From assembly GCA_946965045.2 (NCBI GenBank), contig OX337234.1:2604001-2668000 (forward strand): a stretch of DNA of 64,000 nucleotides, in the 5' to 3' direction. The notes under the pieces are model-generated. The model did not search any database. It had not been told where the DNA came from and worked only from the letters and a program-made list of their open reading frames with translations. Position numbers and translations under genes: made by a program. This stretch comes from Epithemia pelagica. Its lineage: Eukaryota; Protista; Bacillariophyta. Of this stretch, positions 1-12,472 are shown piece after piece; position 1 is the stretch's first letter, and each line of letters starts with the position of its first letter.

Positions 1-370
1 AGGTACCGGTTCTTAATATAGTGAATGACTAGTTACTTTGTTGGTATCTTGGTCTTTGAGACGATGCCGCAGACTCTGTCGGATGGCGATCTCCCATGTC
101 ATGAAATGGCACCTATGTGCGCACCTTTCACCCTTATGTCTGGCATCGATTTCATCGCAGGGTAATATCGCATGCTATGACATGGCAAAATCATTTGTGA
201 AGGATGACGTGCATCATGCATTCAGGCCGAGACACCATTCGACACAAGCAGACAGCCCTCTTGTGAACTCAACAGGTGGCCACTATCCCTGCCGGCTTCT
301 ATTCTAGGTTTCCTGACCTTGCCAGTCAAATACTGCACGCTTCTATTCCAGGTTTCCTGACCTTGCCACT

Positions 371-1193
371 TACATAGACATATCACGTCACCATTACGTT
401 CCCATCTCATTGCAAGGCCGGATCTCAGTTCATGACATGCCACAGTCATTGGTGAAGGGTGACGTGTGCACCAAATCAAGACATGAACAGCGCTGGAGAA
501 ACCGCAGTTGCGCATTACTCCTAAAATGTACTCCTAGCTGCACTGTGGAGAGACCGCAGTTGCGCATTATTCCTAAAAGCTGCACTGCGACGGTGTTCTA
601 GGCTCTATAGCTTCTAGCTGAGCTTTACATCCTGGTAGCACCACCTACATAGACATATCACGTCACCATTACGTTCCCATCTCATTGCATGGCCGGATCT
701 CAGTTCATGACATGCCACAGTCATTGGTGAAGGGTGACGTGTGCACCAAATCAAGACATGAACAGCGCTGGAGAAACCGCAGTTGCGCATTACTCCTAAA
801 AATGTACTCCTAGCTGCACTGTGGCGAGACCGCAGTTGCGCATTATTCCTAAAAGCTGCAGTGCGACGGTGTTCTAGGCTCTATAGCTTCTAGCTGAGCT
901 TTACATCCTGGTAGCACCACCTACATAGACATATCACGTCACCATTACGTTCCCATCTCATTGCATGGCCGGATCTCAGTTCATGACATGCCACAGTCAT
1001 TGGTGAAGGGTGACGTGTGCACCAAATCAAGACATGAACAGCGCTGGAGAAACCGCAGTTGCGCATTACTCCTAAAAATGTACTCCTAGCTGCACTGTGG
1101 AGAGACCGCAGTTGCGCATTATTCCTAAAAGCTGCAGTGCGACGGTGTTCTAGGCTCTATAGCTTCTAGCTGAGATTTACATCCTGGTAGCAC
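371..1193. repeat. Tandem array of three ~275-bp units (371-645, 646-921, 922-1193), near-identical, each with an internal duplication
   Basis: tacatagacatatcacgtcaccattacgttcccatctcattgca starts at 371, 646 and 922; each unit contains gaccgcagttgcgcatta(c/t)tcctaaaa twice; a more diverged partial copy is visible at ~90-215. Confidence 0.92.
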
Positions 1194-1424
1194 AGGTAGT
1201 GTTCCTCCAGCGGATGCGCATACCTCTACCTGCTAAGCGTGTTCCAGCTAGCTCCAGCAGACACAAGCTGTTCCCGCAGACACTTCTCACGTCATCCTTC
1301 ATTGATTATGTTTCCATGCCATGGCATGAGATATCACAGTCGGATGAAGTTATGTGTAGTTGGCCAACTCAATTCAATTACAATTACACCTACTATTTGC
1401 AATGTCACCGTGTTTAAGATGTCT

Positions 1425-1465
1425 GATGGTACTTAAGACTAAGCGCGTCAGCCGCTGTTATAGAC
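1425..1465 (+). repeat. ~41-bp direct repeat, copy 1 (copy 2 at 2932-2973)
   Basis: tgatggtacttaagactaagcgcgtcagccgctgttatagac vs tgacggtacttaagactaactgcgtcagccgctgttcttgac. Confidence 0.8.
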
Positions 1466-1803
1466 GTACCACCAAAACTTGACACATCATCATGATTGAA
1501 TAAGAGGTAACCTAGTATCATAGATTTGTACGTTTCAATGTCAAAGCATGACATATTGCGATTCCATGAATTGGTCTCGGGCATTATAGCTACGTCTTGT
1601 CGATTGGTTACCTAGCTAGCTTACTCTTTTTACCTAATACTAAGGGATTATTCTCGCTCCACTTGCCATATTTCGTCGTCTTTCGTTGTATTTGGCTACT
1701 TTCCTAACAAATATGTCCCTTACCACACGACAACTAACCACGATCCCTACAAGACCAAATTATACGAGACAAAATTCATTCATCACCTCATAATTTCCTA
1801 AAT

Positions 1804-2830
1804 ATGGAAGCACGTATTGACGAAAGCAGTGCATCCCAGGCCGCTGCTGGGGATTTGGGTCAACTACCATACACCGATTCTGCTATAAAAGAACGGGATG
1901 ATGCAGGTCCTCCAACTCTGTTTCCTGATATTAGAGGCATGGAGCAACGCACATTTTGGAAAAAACCGTACTCCTGAGCAGACCACTCGAATTAACAAGT
2001 ATTACACATTCCACGGTGTCTATCTGGTTGGGCAGGAAGCAACCAAAGCGATTATTTATGAAACACTTGACTATATGGGGGAGGATGTCTCGGGTGATTG
2101 GGAACTACGATGTGATGCTGTGCAACCAGAGTCGCGTTTACACCAGTACTGGCACGAAAGGAAAGACTTTTCCATGGCCCCTCCTGACGGTGCTCATTTG
2201 GTGAGACTCGATTTCTATAACTACAGCCGACCCGGCACTCAACTGGGAGATTACTTCACGGTCCAAATTATGTGTTCGAGATTTCTCTATTGCTCTGGTA
2301 AGCCTGTTCTAGGAATTGCTACTTCACCACCTCAGACTTACAATTTTCGCTTGAAAGAGAGTGCATGGAAACTCGAGTCGGTTGCTCACAAGAAAACTAT
2401 CGCCAATACCACCCATCCAATAAGGGAGCTACAGATGGGTATTACTGTCAGCTCCCTTCTGGGTATCGAAGACGATTCCTTGATACCGGGACTGCGATGT
2501 CGCATTCCTTCCTACTCCGCTTCTTTTGAGATACCAAATAAATGTTGGTCACCACCATTTATGGGCAATGTTCCTCGAGATGCCACTGGGGCTATGATGT
2601 TACATACGCCCGGGCCCACATGGGACTATAATTCCCAGCGCGTACAAATGCGTCGTGACGAGATGGAGTGTGATATGGACAACGAAACACACAACGAGGC
2701 GGAGGCGTTGCCATTGAAGGAGACAGAAGTTGATTTGGAAGAACAAAGTGCCGGAACAACTGAAAGCGACAAGGCAGATGCTCTACTCGTAACACATCGT
2801 CTGCGTCGCAAACGAACCTGGCATAACTGA
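1804..2830 (+). CDS. Orphan hypothetical protein, probably one gene with a frameshift in the A-run at ~1960-1965
   Basis: ATG 1804 opens MEARIDESSASQAAAGDLG...MEQRTFWKK, which stops soon after the A6 run; the 310-aa ORF 1898-2830 continues in another frame (NRTPEQTTRINKYY...); acidic C-terminal tail; no family recognised. Confidence 0.5.
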
Positions 2831-2931
2831 ACCAGAAGTCTATGCTTATTATCATCAGTAATTCTAGTTAAAACAACACACAATAATCATATAATTTGTG
2901 ACACTTAGCCAACTTACTACAGCTACAATTT

Positions 2932-2973
2932 TGACGGTACTTAAGACTAACTGCGTCAGCCGCTGTTCTTGAC
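2932..2973 (+). repeat. ~41-bp direct repeat, copy 2
   Basis: Matches 1425-1465. Confidence 0.8.
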
Positions 2974-3060
2974 ACTTGGTAGGCGCATATTATTTACTTT
3001 CACAATTAGAAAACTCGGATATGTCTGCTTAAGTTCCTCAGTATTTCTTCTTCTAGCATA

Positions 3061-4446
3061 CGAACCCTCGGTATCAGTGTCCACTGCTTAGCTGTTTTTT
3101 GTCTGTGCCATCTTCAAAGGTTCCCAAGTGGACACAGACAGCATTTGTCGTTTTTCGTCTGTCTGTCTAACCATTAAAATTCCTCAGGGTTGAAGCAAGG
3201 CCAGCGTGCAAGTGACAGTTGACGGTTGGTGGTTGTCCTTGCCGGGTCACCACGATTCAAATTTGGGCATCCATCATCATCTCGACACCTGTCACAAAAA
3301 CCCAAAACCGAGCCAAATGCTTGACCATGACGGGGGTGAGGTGAGAACAATGGATGGATCATGCTGGACTGAACCGTTTCTCTCTATTGCTGCTTATTAC
3401 TTATCTTGTGGTCTCTTTTCCCTTTTTCTCACGCATCACTGCTGCAGCTGTCTTTCCTAGTGTTCTTGCATGATCCTTTACTTTTGTCTCATTTCGTACG
3501 AGTAGATGACAAGCCGCCAGATGTCAACTGGAATATCTTTTCCTTGTCGTAATCGTTTGTTGTTTGATTGTTTTTTGGCTAGTGTCATATGCTCTATAGG
3601 ATAGATTATTCTCTCTTGTCTCTCATCATAGCGTCATTCTCAATCATTTCTCAACGATGTTGTTTTTGCATCAAATAGATGGGAAGCCATCTTGCCACAC
3701 CCTACTGACCAATTATCATATCCTACCTAGGTAGGCGACACAAAGTGCTCAAAGTGAGCGGTACAAGCTTGTGAGAGCTGTTCTGTTGTGCTTTCATAGC
3801 AAAACTGAGGGCCATCGTCGTGCTCAAAACAAAGAACAGAGCTCCAACGAATTCAGAAGGCTCAAAAGTCTCATGGATGACAAGCACTGGCGTTATACTA
3901 CTAGTAAATAAACAAAAGAAGGTCTAGAGTATAGAGTATGTATTTTAATGCAATCAAAGTTATGGGGCTCAGCAAAAACCAGTCATTTCTGTTCGACAAG
4001 AATGAACAATGGCAAGTTATGAGCTGCCCAGCGACTAAACAGATGAGTAGCGTCTCACACGAGCAGAGCAAACAAAAGTGGCAAGTGGCAGTGAGCATGA
4101 CTGATGTCATTGACAACATGGCAATTGGCAATGGATCAAGCTCACCTGGAAAGCCAGTAACATTCGTAAGTACCTAGTAAGTACGATGTGCTTTGGCAAA
4201 AGAAAAGAGAATTGTGAACCTGCCCCGAATTATGCAACAACCAACCGTCATCCACGCAGGGGACGCTTCTTGGGCTTGCGTCCGCTTCAAACGTCGAAAA
4301 ATTCAGCTGGGCATGCGTGCCAATTTGCAATTTGATAATTTCTATTTGCATCAAAAGCGAAAAATGTTGTCTGTGTCCACTTGGGAACCTGTGAAGGTGG
4401 CACAGACAAAAAACAGCTAAGCAGTGGACACTGATAACGAGGGTTC
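3061..4446. mobile_element. Non-autonomous TIR element (MITE-like, ~1.39 kb)
   Basis: 89-bp inverted repeats 3062-3150 and 4358-4446 with 5 mismatches; TA on both outer flanks (3059-3060, 4447-4448), one-base offset at the left end; no transposase ORF inside. Confidence 0.8.
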
Positions 4447-5185
4447 TATGTTGTGCGGGTATTGTCGCCCGAGCTATCAGAAATCTATTAGATATCTATA
4501 GCTACTCCACATCTATGCTATTCATTTTTTGCCGCTTTCCCTTCTACCGTAAGTTTCCTATCGGTTGACATCTTATCTCCAGGCAATCAACAGGTCTGTT
4601 CACAATAAAAACGGCTCTCATCCACTAGAGTGTTCAAAACTACCGGCTAATCCCTGAATTCCCGTAATTCTTTGGAAACCGGGACAACCCCGACACCATT
4701 TTTGAAAAAGTCATCTCTTTTCCATATAGTAATACAGCTTACCCCCAAAACAGTCAATGACACCTATACAGCCTTCACCACGCCACGTTTTTTCCCAATA
4801 TTCCCCTTCTATTTATTTCAGGGCAAACGGCGCCGTTATTTAATTTTTTCCCTCAACCTTACACTCCGGATTTGTATTTTAATCTCTTCAATGTCGTTAC
4901 GCTGGCAATGTGGTAAGCGTTCTTCCCCCTGCCGCAAATTCCCGGGGGGTCTGGTTACACCACAGTAAAACGCTTGTTTGGGGGCAATCAAAATTTGGAC
5001 TTTCTATGGTTTCACCCCGTCCTAATACTACTACGAGAGATAACTGTTATCATAAAAAAATTCGAAAAAGAAAAATCTTGGTGACTCAACGTGAAGTGAA
5101 CTGCACCAGGGACGATATCAACGAAGCGAGCCGCAAGTCGATCCCTTAGAACGAACTGTATCCGCAAGACAAGGGCACGCTGCCG

Positions 5186-8100
5186 ATGGGGCGCGACGCG
5201 GACCCGCCATGGGCCATTCCAGCTGAGAACATGATTCCCATGGCCAAACCACGACCCAACTGCCAACCGAACGCCGATCCACCCCCGCCCATCGGTTGGA
5301 AACACATACAACGCACGGCGGCCACAACATGGACCATGGAATCTCTCCACGGTCTTCGAAAAAACAAACAAAACAAACAACGGCAGCTCCCACCCCCTTC
5401 AACCCGTCACCATGGTAAAACCCAGAGCCCGGAGACAGCCAAAAACACGGAACCCAACGGATACCCCGACTCGCCGAACGTGCTACGGAGTAAGGGCCCC
5501 AATCCCCCAAACAGCCACCGATTCAGCAAACCAAACGAGCGAATGACCAAGCCAAGCCCAAGAATGACCCTGCCAGACCGCCGATCAACAACAACAGGCC
5601 CTTGACACGAAACCAACAACAAAGAACAAATACACGTCGACACCTCCACCGTCGACGTTCCACTCCCCCGCTCAGGCACACACCCGCCACCAGCGACGAA
5701 CCAAGAAACAACAACCAGGGCCACCACCAAACAAATCGGCGACAAGGCCAGCAAGACACCAAGCACCAAGCAATCCATCTGCCCACCACCGACAGGAATG
5801 ACCGGACAACTAGATCAAGCCCTTCAACGAGTCATTGCTCAGTTACAAATGACCCGGCCAACAAACCAACCGAAAGGACTCGGCCACAAAACCAGTGAAA
5901 ACCGAGTTTTTCACCCCAAGCTCTCAGCCGAAGCATCAACCGACCAGCAAAACTACCACCAGCACCCGAAGATGCAAGTCCATTCGAAGCCCTCCTCCGG
6001 CCGCCGCCAGACCCGCTCCAAAAGCAACTTGACCGCCCTCGGCCCGATCCCCCTCGTAGCCACCAACCTGCACAGCATCACCGCCATCACCCCCGATCGC
6101 CGCAACAACAACAAAGAAAACAAAAAAACAAACCAGAAAACCACCGAAGAACCCACCACCGACATCCACACCGAGAAAACAACAGGCACCACCACCTACA
6201 CTAATGAGAAAAACACCAAAAACAACACCAACAACAACAACGACAAAACCACGGAGAAAACCAACACCAACAACAACCAAGACGGAAACGAACAAAACAC
6301 TTACGGACACACAGAAGAGGAGACTCAGCCAACAACAAACAACAAAACCAACCACGACGATACCACCACCATCTTCAACAACAAACCAGGATCCAACAGC
6401 GAAGCAGGCACCCCAACAGCCAAGAATCCATACCTCAAAACCAAAACCGGAACAAAACGTCCCCTGTCGCCGGAGCCAACGACGCTGATTCACCTCCATG
6501 TGGCGGTGAACCACCACCAAAATCCCCAAGTCGAGTCTACCCTTCCCAGGCTCACGGAACAAGCCATGAAGACGCATCTCAACGAAGTCTTCTTTCATCA
6601 TAGCAAACAGGCAGAGCCCATGTGGCTCCAGGTCCACTCCGTGGACTTTCTCGAGACCAAGCAATCTGGATCGCGCCAATTCAGGTCGGACAACCAGACT
6701 AGATCCACCAAAGGAAGCGGACATACCTCCACCTTCCATGTCACCCTTTCTCCGGCTCCAGCAAACGACGTCTTTGACACCGAGATTTTTACAGAGCAAG
6801 GCCTACATTTCGTACTCCAAATGTGGCACAAACACCACAACGACGATTTTGTGTACGACGAATTCGACTCACAAACCGTTCTCCGGCCAGGCACCAAACA
6901 ATCCAATCCAACGATTAACCCCCGTTGGGACCAAATCAATGTGTACCAACCTGCATGCAACAACAGGACGAGCGACACCTTCGGCATTGTCGTCGGTGTG
7001 CCAGCTCAAACAATCAAACATCGACGGGCGGCCCTGGATCTCACTTCCGACATCCAGAACACCCTAACCCCCCCCCCCCCCCATCTACCCCGCAAACTGC
7101 ACTACCTGGATTTCTTCAACCACGTGGGATGCCACTCAGAAACGTTCAGCGGGTAACTGAAAAACAAACAACGTGGCCAAGTCCCGGCCATTTACATCAC
7201 GGCTTCGTCGCGAAACAACTTCGAAGCCCTGCTTCGAAGCTATAACGCCTATCTGGCAGCAAATAGAAACACCAAACTCAAGTGGAACAAAAACAACATC
7301 CAAATCATCCCTATGCCAACAAGCCAGGCCAATCGAACGGCAACGTTGGAGGCACTGAAGGACATCAACCAATTTTTCGGAGCCTGCGTCCGGATCAAAC
7401 TGAAACCGATAAACCAAGAAGCTACCGACGGCGACTGGCAGCGACTACGACACCTACGAGAATTCGTGGCTGTCTTCCCCGAATTCAACAATGAGGACCC
7501 AGACACGCAGTACTACACTCTATATTTGCGGAAGACGCCGGACACTCATTTGCTAACCACCAACACGATTAGACAGCACCCAGACTTCCCGGAAAACATC
7601 CTGCTCCCCACCCTGGCAGCAGTGGCGGCGACACATCCGAGACAACAAACCACCAACCAAGACCCGACAACTCCTTCCTCATCAAGTCACACAAACAAAC
7701 TCCTGGCCTTCACGAACCGGCTGCTACGCCGAAAACACAACAACTTGGAAGACAACACGGAGGAGACCGACGCCGACGTTCCAACAACACCAACAACCAA
7801 ACCAAATGATCCCAATAGCCCACCGACCAACAAACGTAGCGCCTCCGCTATGCAACCAGCAGACGAAGAAGCAAGTGACCCCTACGACGACGGAACAGAT
7901 TGGACAACAGTGGCAGCCCAAACAAACCAAAACCAATTCGCGGCCCAAACCTCCGACAACGAAGACTCGAAACCTCCGGCCAAACGGAACCAATCCGCCG
8001 CACTAGCGGAACAAACCGAAGACAAACAAAACAATGACGACATGGTGGACACTGAGGAATCAGACGACCACTCGCGGGCACTCATTGGTAGCGACGACAA

Positions 8101-8374
8101 CCTAGACCCAGGAGAGGGCGACAACGAATTCTCGGCAACAACCATGCAAGAAATTGAACTCATTTTCAAGTACGTTGCACACAACAACCCTTCCCGCATC
8201 GAGAAAATGCGACAATTTTTAGAAAGAACAAAGTCATTTACGAATGACACAGACGCGCAAGATGCTTGGAGGTTTGCGCAGACTTTGGTACAGTCTGGCA
8301 ACCCCAACATCGCCGACTCGCGCACCGGCCATGTGGTCCCGCATGAAGATAGGGCCAAAGGGCCACATGAGTAA
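5186..8374 (+). pseudogene. ORF1 of CRE-like element (T/N/Q/P-rich, ~1060 codons) with two in-frame stops
   Basis: ORFs 5186-5605, 5798-7156 and 7313-8374 share one frame, separated only by TGA 5603-5605 and TAA 7154-7156, each explicable by one C>T change. Confidence 0.65.
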
Positions 8375-11300
8375 TCCAACAAAAAAACCACCCAAACACT
8401 GTCCCGTGCCGGACTGCCCGTGGAAAGTGCCCCCATTGACAACCAACCCCCAAGCATCACTCAAACAACACCTCATCACCGAACACAATGAAACCCATCC
8501 ATCCAATTTCCTCACCCCAACCCTATGCACCCAATACGGACTCCATCCATGTCCGACATGCGACACTCCCACTGCCATCTTCGTCACTGAAGGTCACCTT
8601 AGAAAACACGTAACAAAAAACATAGTAGGTCAAAGACGAACATTGACTTAGTCCTACATACCTACCGACATTCTACACCAGAAACAACAGCAAACTGGAA
8701 AAACAGCCTAGCTTATATCCACAAACTACAAATATCTCCACCCCCTTTCGTCGGAGCCTCTGGCACAAGCTCAAGCCACCGCTCAGGGCCGAATTTTATG
8801 CAACCTACAACAACGTGACCAATTGGATACTTGAAGCCTCACCGCCGCTGGCGCCAACCATTCTGAAAGACGAACGGCCACCCGCCTATGACATCGATGC
8901 CACCCCATTCTGGAAACTGCTAATACTCCTAGAGCCGTTGCTCCTTGCACCAATAAAGGGCACAGTGCACCTCACCCATTCGAACGCGTTCCGAGCAAGA
9001 CTATCGCTGCTGAAATCAGGTAGGATCGAGGAACTCCATAACATGATATGGAAGCCAACACCGTTGCCAAACACAAAGACAACAAACAACAAAAAGAAGC
9101 GACAAAACCAAAAAACAAACAACAACATCAGCCAACTGACCCATTGCCTTCATGGCGGCTAGCCTCGGCACAACAACTGGCAGACTTAGGCAACTACCGA
9201 GCAGCAGTGAAAAGACTTACAACCAACACACCACCTGCAACCTTGACAACAGCACGAATCGACAGATGCCAAAAAGAACTCTTCCCTGAAAGACGACAGC
9301 CACCGCCGGCGACAAGAGCTCACGGTCAAACAAATATGCCTCCACCGGCAGCACAATACCTGAAACTACAAGATAAACTGTTTGAGTCAGCGCTCAGACA
9401 AATGAAACCAGGCACGGCCTCAGGACCGTTTGCCACATGCACAGACACTCTTGTGTCCATGGCATTATACAAAACCACAAGCGCACCTGACGCAACACGG
9501 CCATACTTTCACGACATAAAAGCCTTGTTCCAGCTCGTGGTGACAGGACAAGTACCAACCACAGTGCAACAAATCCTCGCAAGCAATTATTTCCTTGCCC
9601 TACACAAGGACATGGCAAACCTGGAACGACTGCGACCGATCGGCATCGGCACGGCCATACGAAGAGTAGCGGCTAAAGCCGCTCTGGTGCATCTCACAGA
9701 CGACATTCGCCCCCTCCTCTTGAAAGGAGGACAATACGGGATACAAGTACCCGGGGGGGGGGGTTGATTTTGTGGCCCAAACAACCGCAATGGCGGTTCA
9801 ACAATACATTGACAAGACTCATGATCTGGACAACAACACAACCGAAAACAAACAACGAACAACGCCTCCAAGCCGGGCTCTCGTCATGCTAGACCTTGTA
9901 AACATGTTCAACAACGTCAGCCGAACCGAAGCAAGAAAGATTTTGTTAGAGAACGAAGCGACAACACAATTGGTCCCCCTTTTCGACCTGCTAACCAAAC
10001 ATACCTGCAACCAATGGTACTTTGATGACAACAAAGCGGCCAACCACCTCACACAAACTGAAGGGTTTCCACAAGGCTGCCCACTCAGCCCTCTCTTCTC
10101 GTGCCTGGTATTACTAGCACTGACCAACCAACTCAACAACGAGTAAGCAAAAAGAGCACAACTCAGACTGCGCAACAACGACCCCAACAACGACGGAATG
10201 GGCGGCATCGGCCACACCGCATCCATCATGGATGATACATCGGTATGCCTGCCACACTGTGACATACCTTGGTTTCTTCACCGCTTCGAAGAACTCGGAA
10301 AACCTCTAGGAATTGTTTTAAACAAATCAAAAACAACCATCCTCACCTCCACTGAAGGCCACTCCCCGTCCAACCTGGACAAGAAACAAACACACAACCT
10401 CAACCAAGCACTGTCCTTTCTCTCGCCCGACGACCCCTCAAAAGCAGAAATAACAAACGGCGTGAGATTTCTTGGTCAACCAATCGGATCCACTGCCTTT
10501 GCACGACAATACATCAACAAAAAATTACAAAGCATGCAACACAAAATGGATTGCCTTCTCCAACTCGACGACCTCCAAACCCAGCATAATCTCTTCAAAT
10601 TCACAATGGTGTCTTCAATCCTGCATCTGTTACCAACCGATATCAACTTAGCATATAAGCAGACCAACCCAAGAACGACCCTCTGGTCAAGTCCAACAAC
10701 AACACAGACCGAGCAACTGATAACAAATTTCCTGGCAAAACTCACCTCCCTACCAGAAAATGAGATCTCCACATCCTCGGCACTCATAGCCACGATTCCA
10801 CAACGGCTAGGGGGACTCGGATACCAACAGGCAGCGGTGGCGGCCTATCCTCGTCTGCTGACACAGACAGCCAGAGCAATAGCTCTCGCAACATCAACCG
10901 ACACACCTATCCCACAAGTTCACCAACGAGAACTGTCGAACTGGAAAGATAGTACCGACGAACATATGACAACCTTCCGTAAGACTTTGTCGCTTTTCGC
11001 AAACGAACACGCAGAAGAGAGTCTATACGTACCAACGAGGTATGATCACACAACACACAACCGCCTTTTGAATCACACTGTGCAAGAGCACACAATCCCA
11101 AGAATATTCACAGAAATCGACCCAGAGCAACGAATCTTTTTGCCCGGCTTACTTTCGCCCCTCTCGAGCATGGCTCTCTCTCTTCCACTAACCGCAACCA
11201 AATTCTGTTTCTAAAACAGAGTTTTCCGAACCGCTATCAAACGAAAATTGAGATTACCTTTGTTTGTCCGAGACCCCACACAATCTTGGCCCCAACGATG

Positions 11301-12059
11301 TCGCTGCTCAGCCACAAAAGCGATCGATCCAATGGGTGACCATCTGTACTCGTGCGCCTCTGCTTCCAAAACACCTCTATCCAATGCCATAAGAGACACA
11401 CTCTATGACATTCTCTGCCAAATCGCTCCAGCAGCCGAAGCCGTCGACACTCCCCATGTTGTCCACATCGAACCCCCAGGTTTGACACCACAGCACCAAA
11501 GAAACATTAGACCAGCAGACGTCGGTATGCTCCTGTCCAAACCGCACAAACACTCACTGTTTCAATATGTCGCGATTGACATTACCATCCCACCTCCCCA
11601 ACAACCCCAAACCGTTCTTGACCCGTCCGACTGCAACACACTCGCCACTTTGGCATCCAGGACGCATCAAGAAGCGGCAAGGGCTAAGTTTTGCAGAGAC
11701 CCCGAGACATCAAAACACCTTCTCCACAACGGCATATACCTTCTACCTTTTACGGTAGACCCGCCGCCAACAGCAAAACAAAAAAATTCTCGTACCCAGA
11801 AGCACATATCTACTCAATCGGGCACTATGCAAAAGCCTCCCTTGGCCACGCAATCGTTTCTGCACTGGCAACCCATGCCAACAACAACATCGCCGCAATA
11901 CGACAACACCAAACAAAGAGAAAAACAAGAACCACTCAGTTGCAAAATCTGGCTACACCATGTTTTGCTCCGGTCACTCCCATTTACTCCCCCGCCCCTC
12001 TGGCACAGTTCCTTAGTGTCACGGACGAAACACCCCTCCTTTGCGAACCCACCGCTTAG
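8367..12059 (+). pseudogene. ORF2 of CRE-like element: C2H2 fingers + reverse transcriptase + CCHC + RLE endonuclease; multiple frameshifts and stops
   Basis: CPVPDC...HLITEH, CPTC...HVTKKH; LRPIGIGTAIRRVAAK, QYGIQVPGG, LDLVNMFNNVSR, GFPQGCPLSP, IMDD, RFLGQPIG, QRLGGLG; CRCS...DPMGDHLYSC; RPADV...IDIT; frameshifts near 8618, 9070-9120, 9755, 11760; stops at 10144 and 11212. Confidence 0.88.
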
Positions 12060-12134
12060 GAGTCCAATTGTTATAGACCGTAAAATAATCATTCAAATAA
12101 CAGATAAAAAAAATCTCTTGCTGAGCACGACTCC

Positions 12135-12273
12135 TGTGCGTCAGCGACAGGACACTCAGGTAGCTACACGTAGTCTAGCTAGATCACACTAGCTATGTCT
12201 AGGAGTCTGCCAACAGCAGCCATGGAGCTCGAGTTTTTGGAGCAACGCAATCTCTATCAAGTTTGCTGTTGGT
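12135..12273 (+). repeat. Split direct repeat A1 (copy 1)
   Basis: Matches 34394-34533 and 44444-44583 apart from a 1-nt deletion and a few substitutions. Confidence 0.93.
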
Positions 12274-12472
12274 GTTGGTGTTTTTCTTCCTTTCTTCTTT
12301 CTTTCTTGTCTTTGCCTTTGCTTCCTTTGTCATGTCGTTATCTTTCGCTATTAATCCTACCCTTCGCGGATTAATATCTCCCGATACGACCCAGTCGTTC
12401 CTTTTGTTTTCCCCCTCTGGTTTGTCCAAGCCTGTGGCATCCACCACAACCTATCCAAATTAGTTCTCCGGC

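Larger units (their letters stand above)
5186..12113 (+). mobile_element. Decayed non-LTR retrotransposon, CRE-like (restriction-like endonuclease type), two ORFs; 5' boundary uncertain
   Basis: ORF2 with N-terminal C2H2 fingers, RT motifs, CCHC knuckle and PD..D endonuclease; A-rich sense strand; short A8 tail at ~12106-12113; no TSD found. Confidence 0.85.

Noticed and set aside
4909-4990. HDV-like ribozyme at the LINE 5' end (tgtggt/accaca, aagcgtt/aacgctt, ccccc/ggggg in pseudoknot order)
   Set aside because: P3/L3 sizes do not fit, there is no P4 or catalytic C in J4/2, and the stems are short enough to arise by chance; a covariance-model search would be needed to revive it.
5936-6799. 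287-aa Val/Gly/Phe-rich minus-strand ORF resembling a membrane protein
   Set aside because: Mirror of the A/C-rich LINE ORF1 strand.
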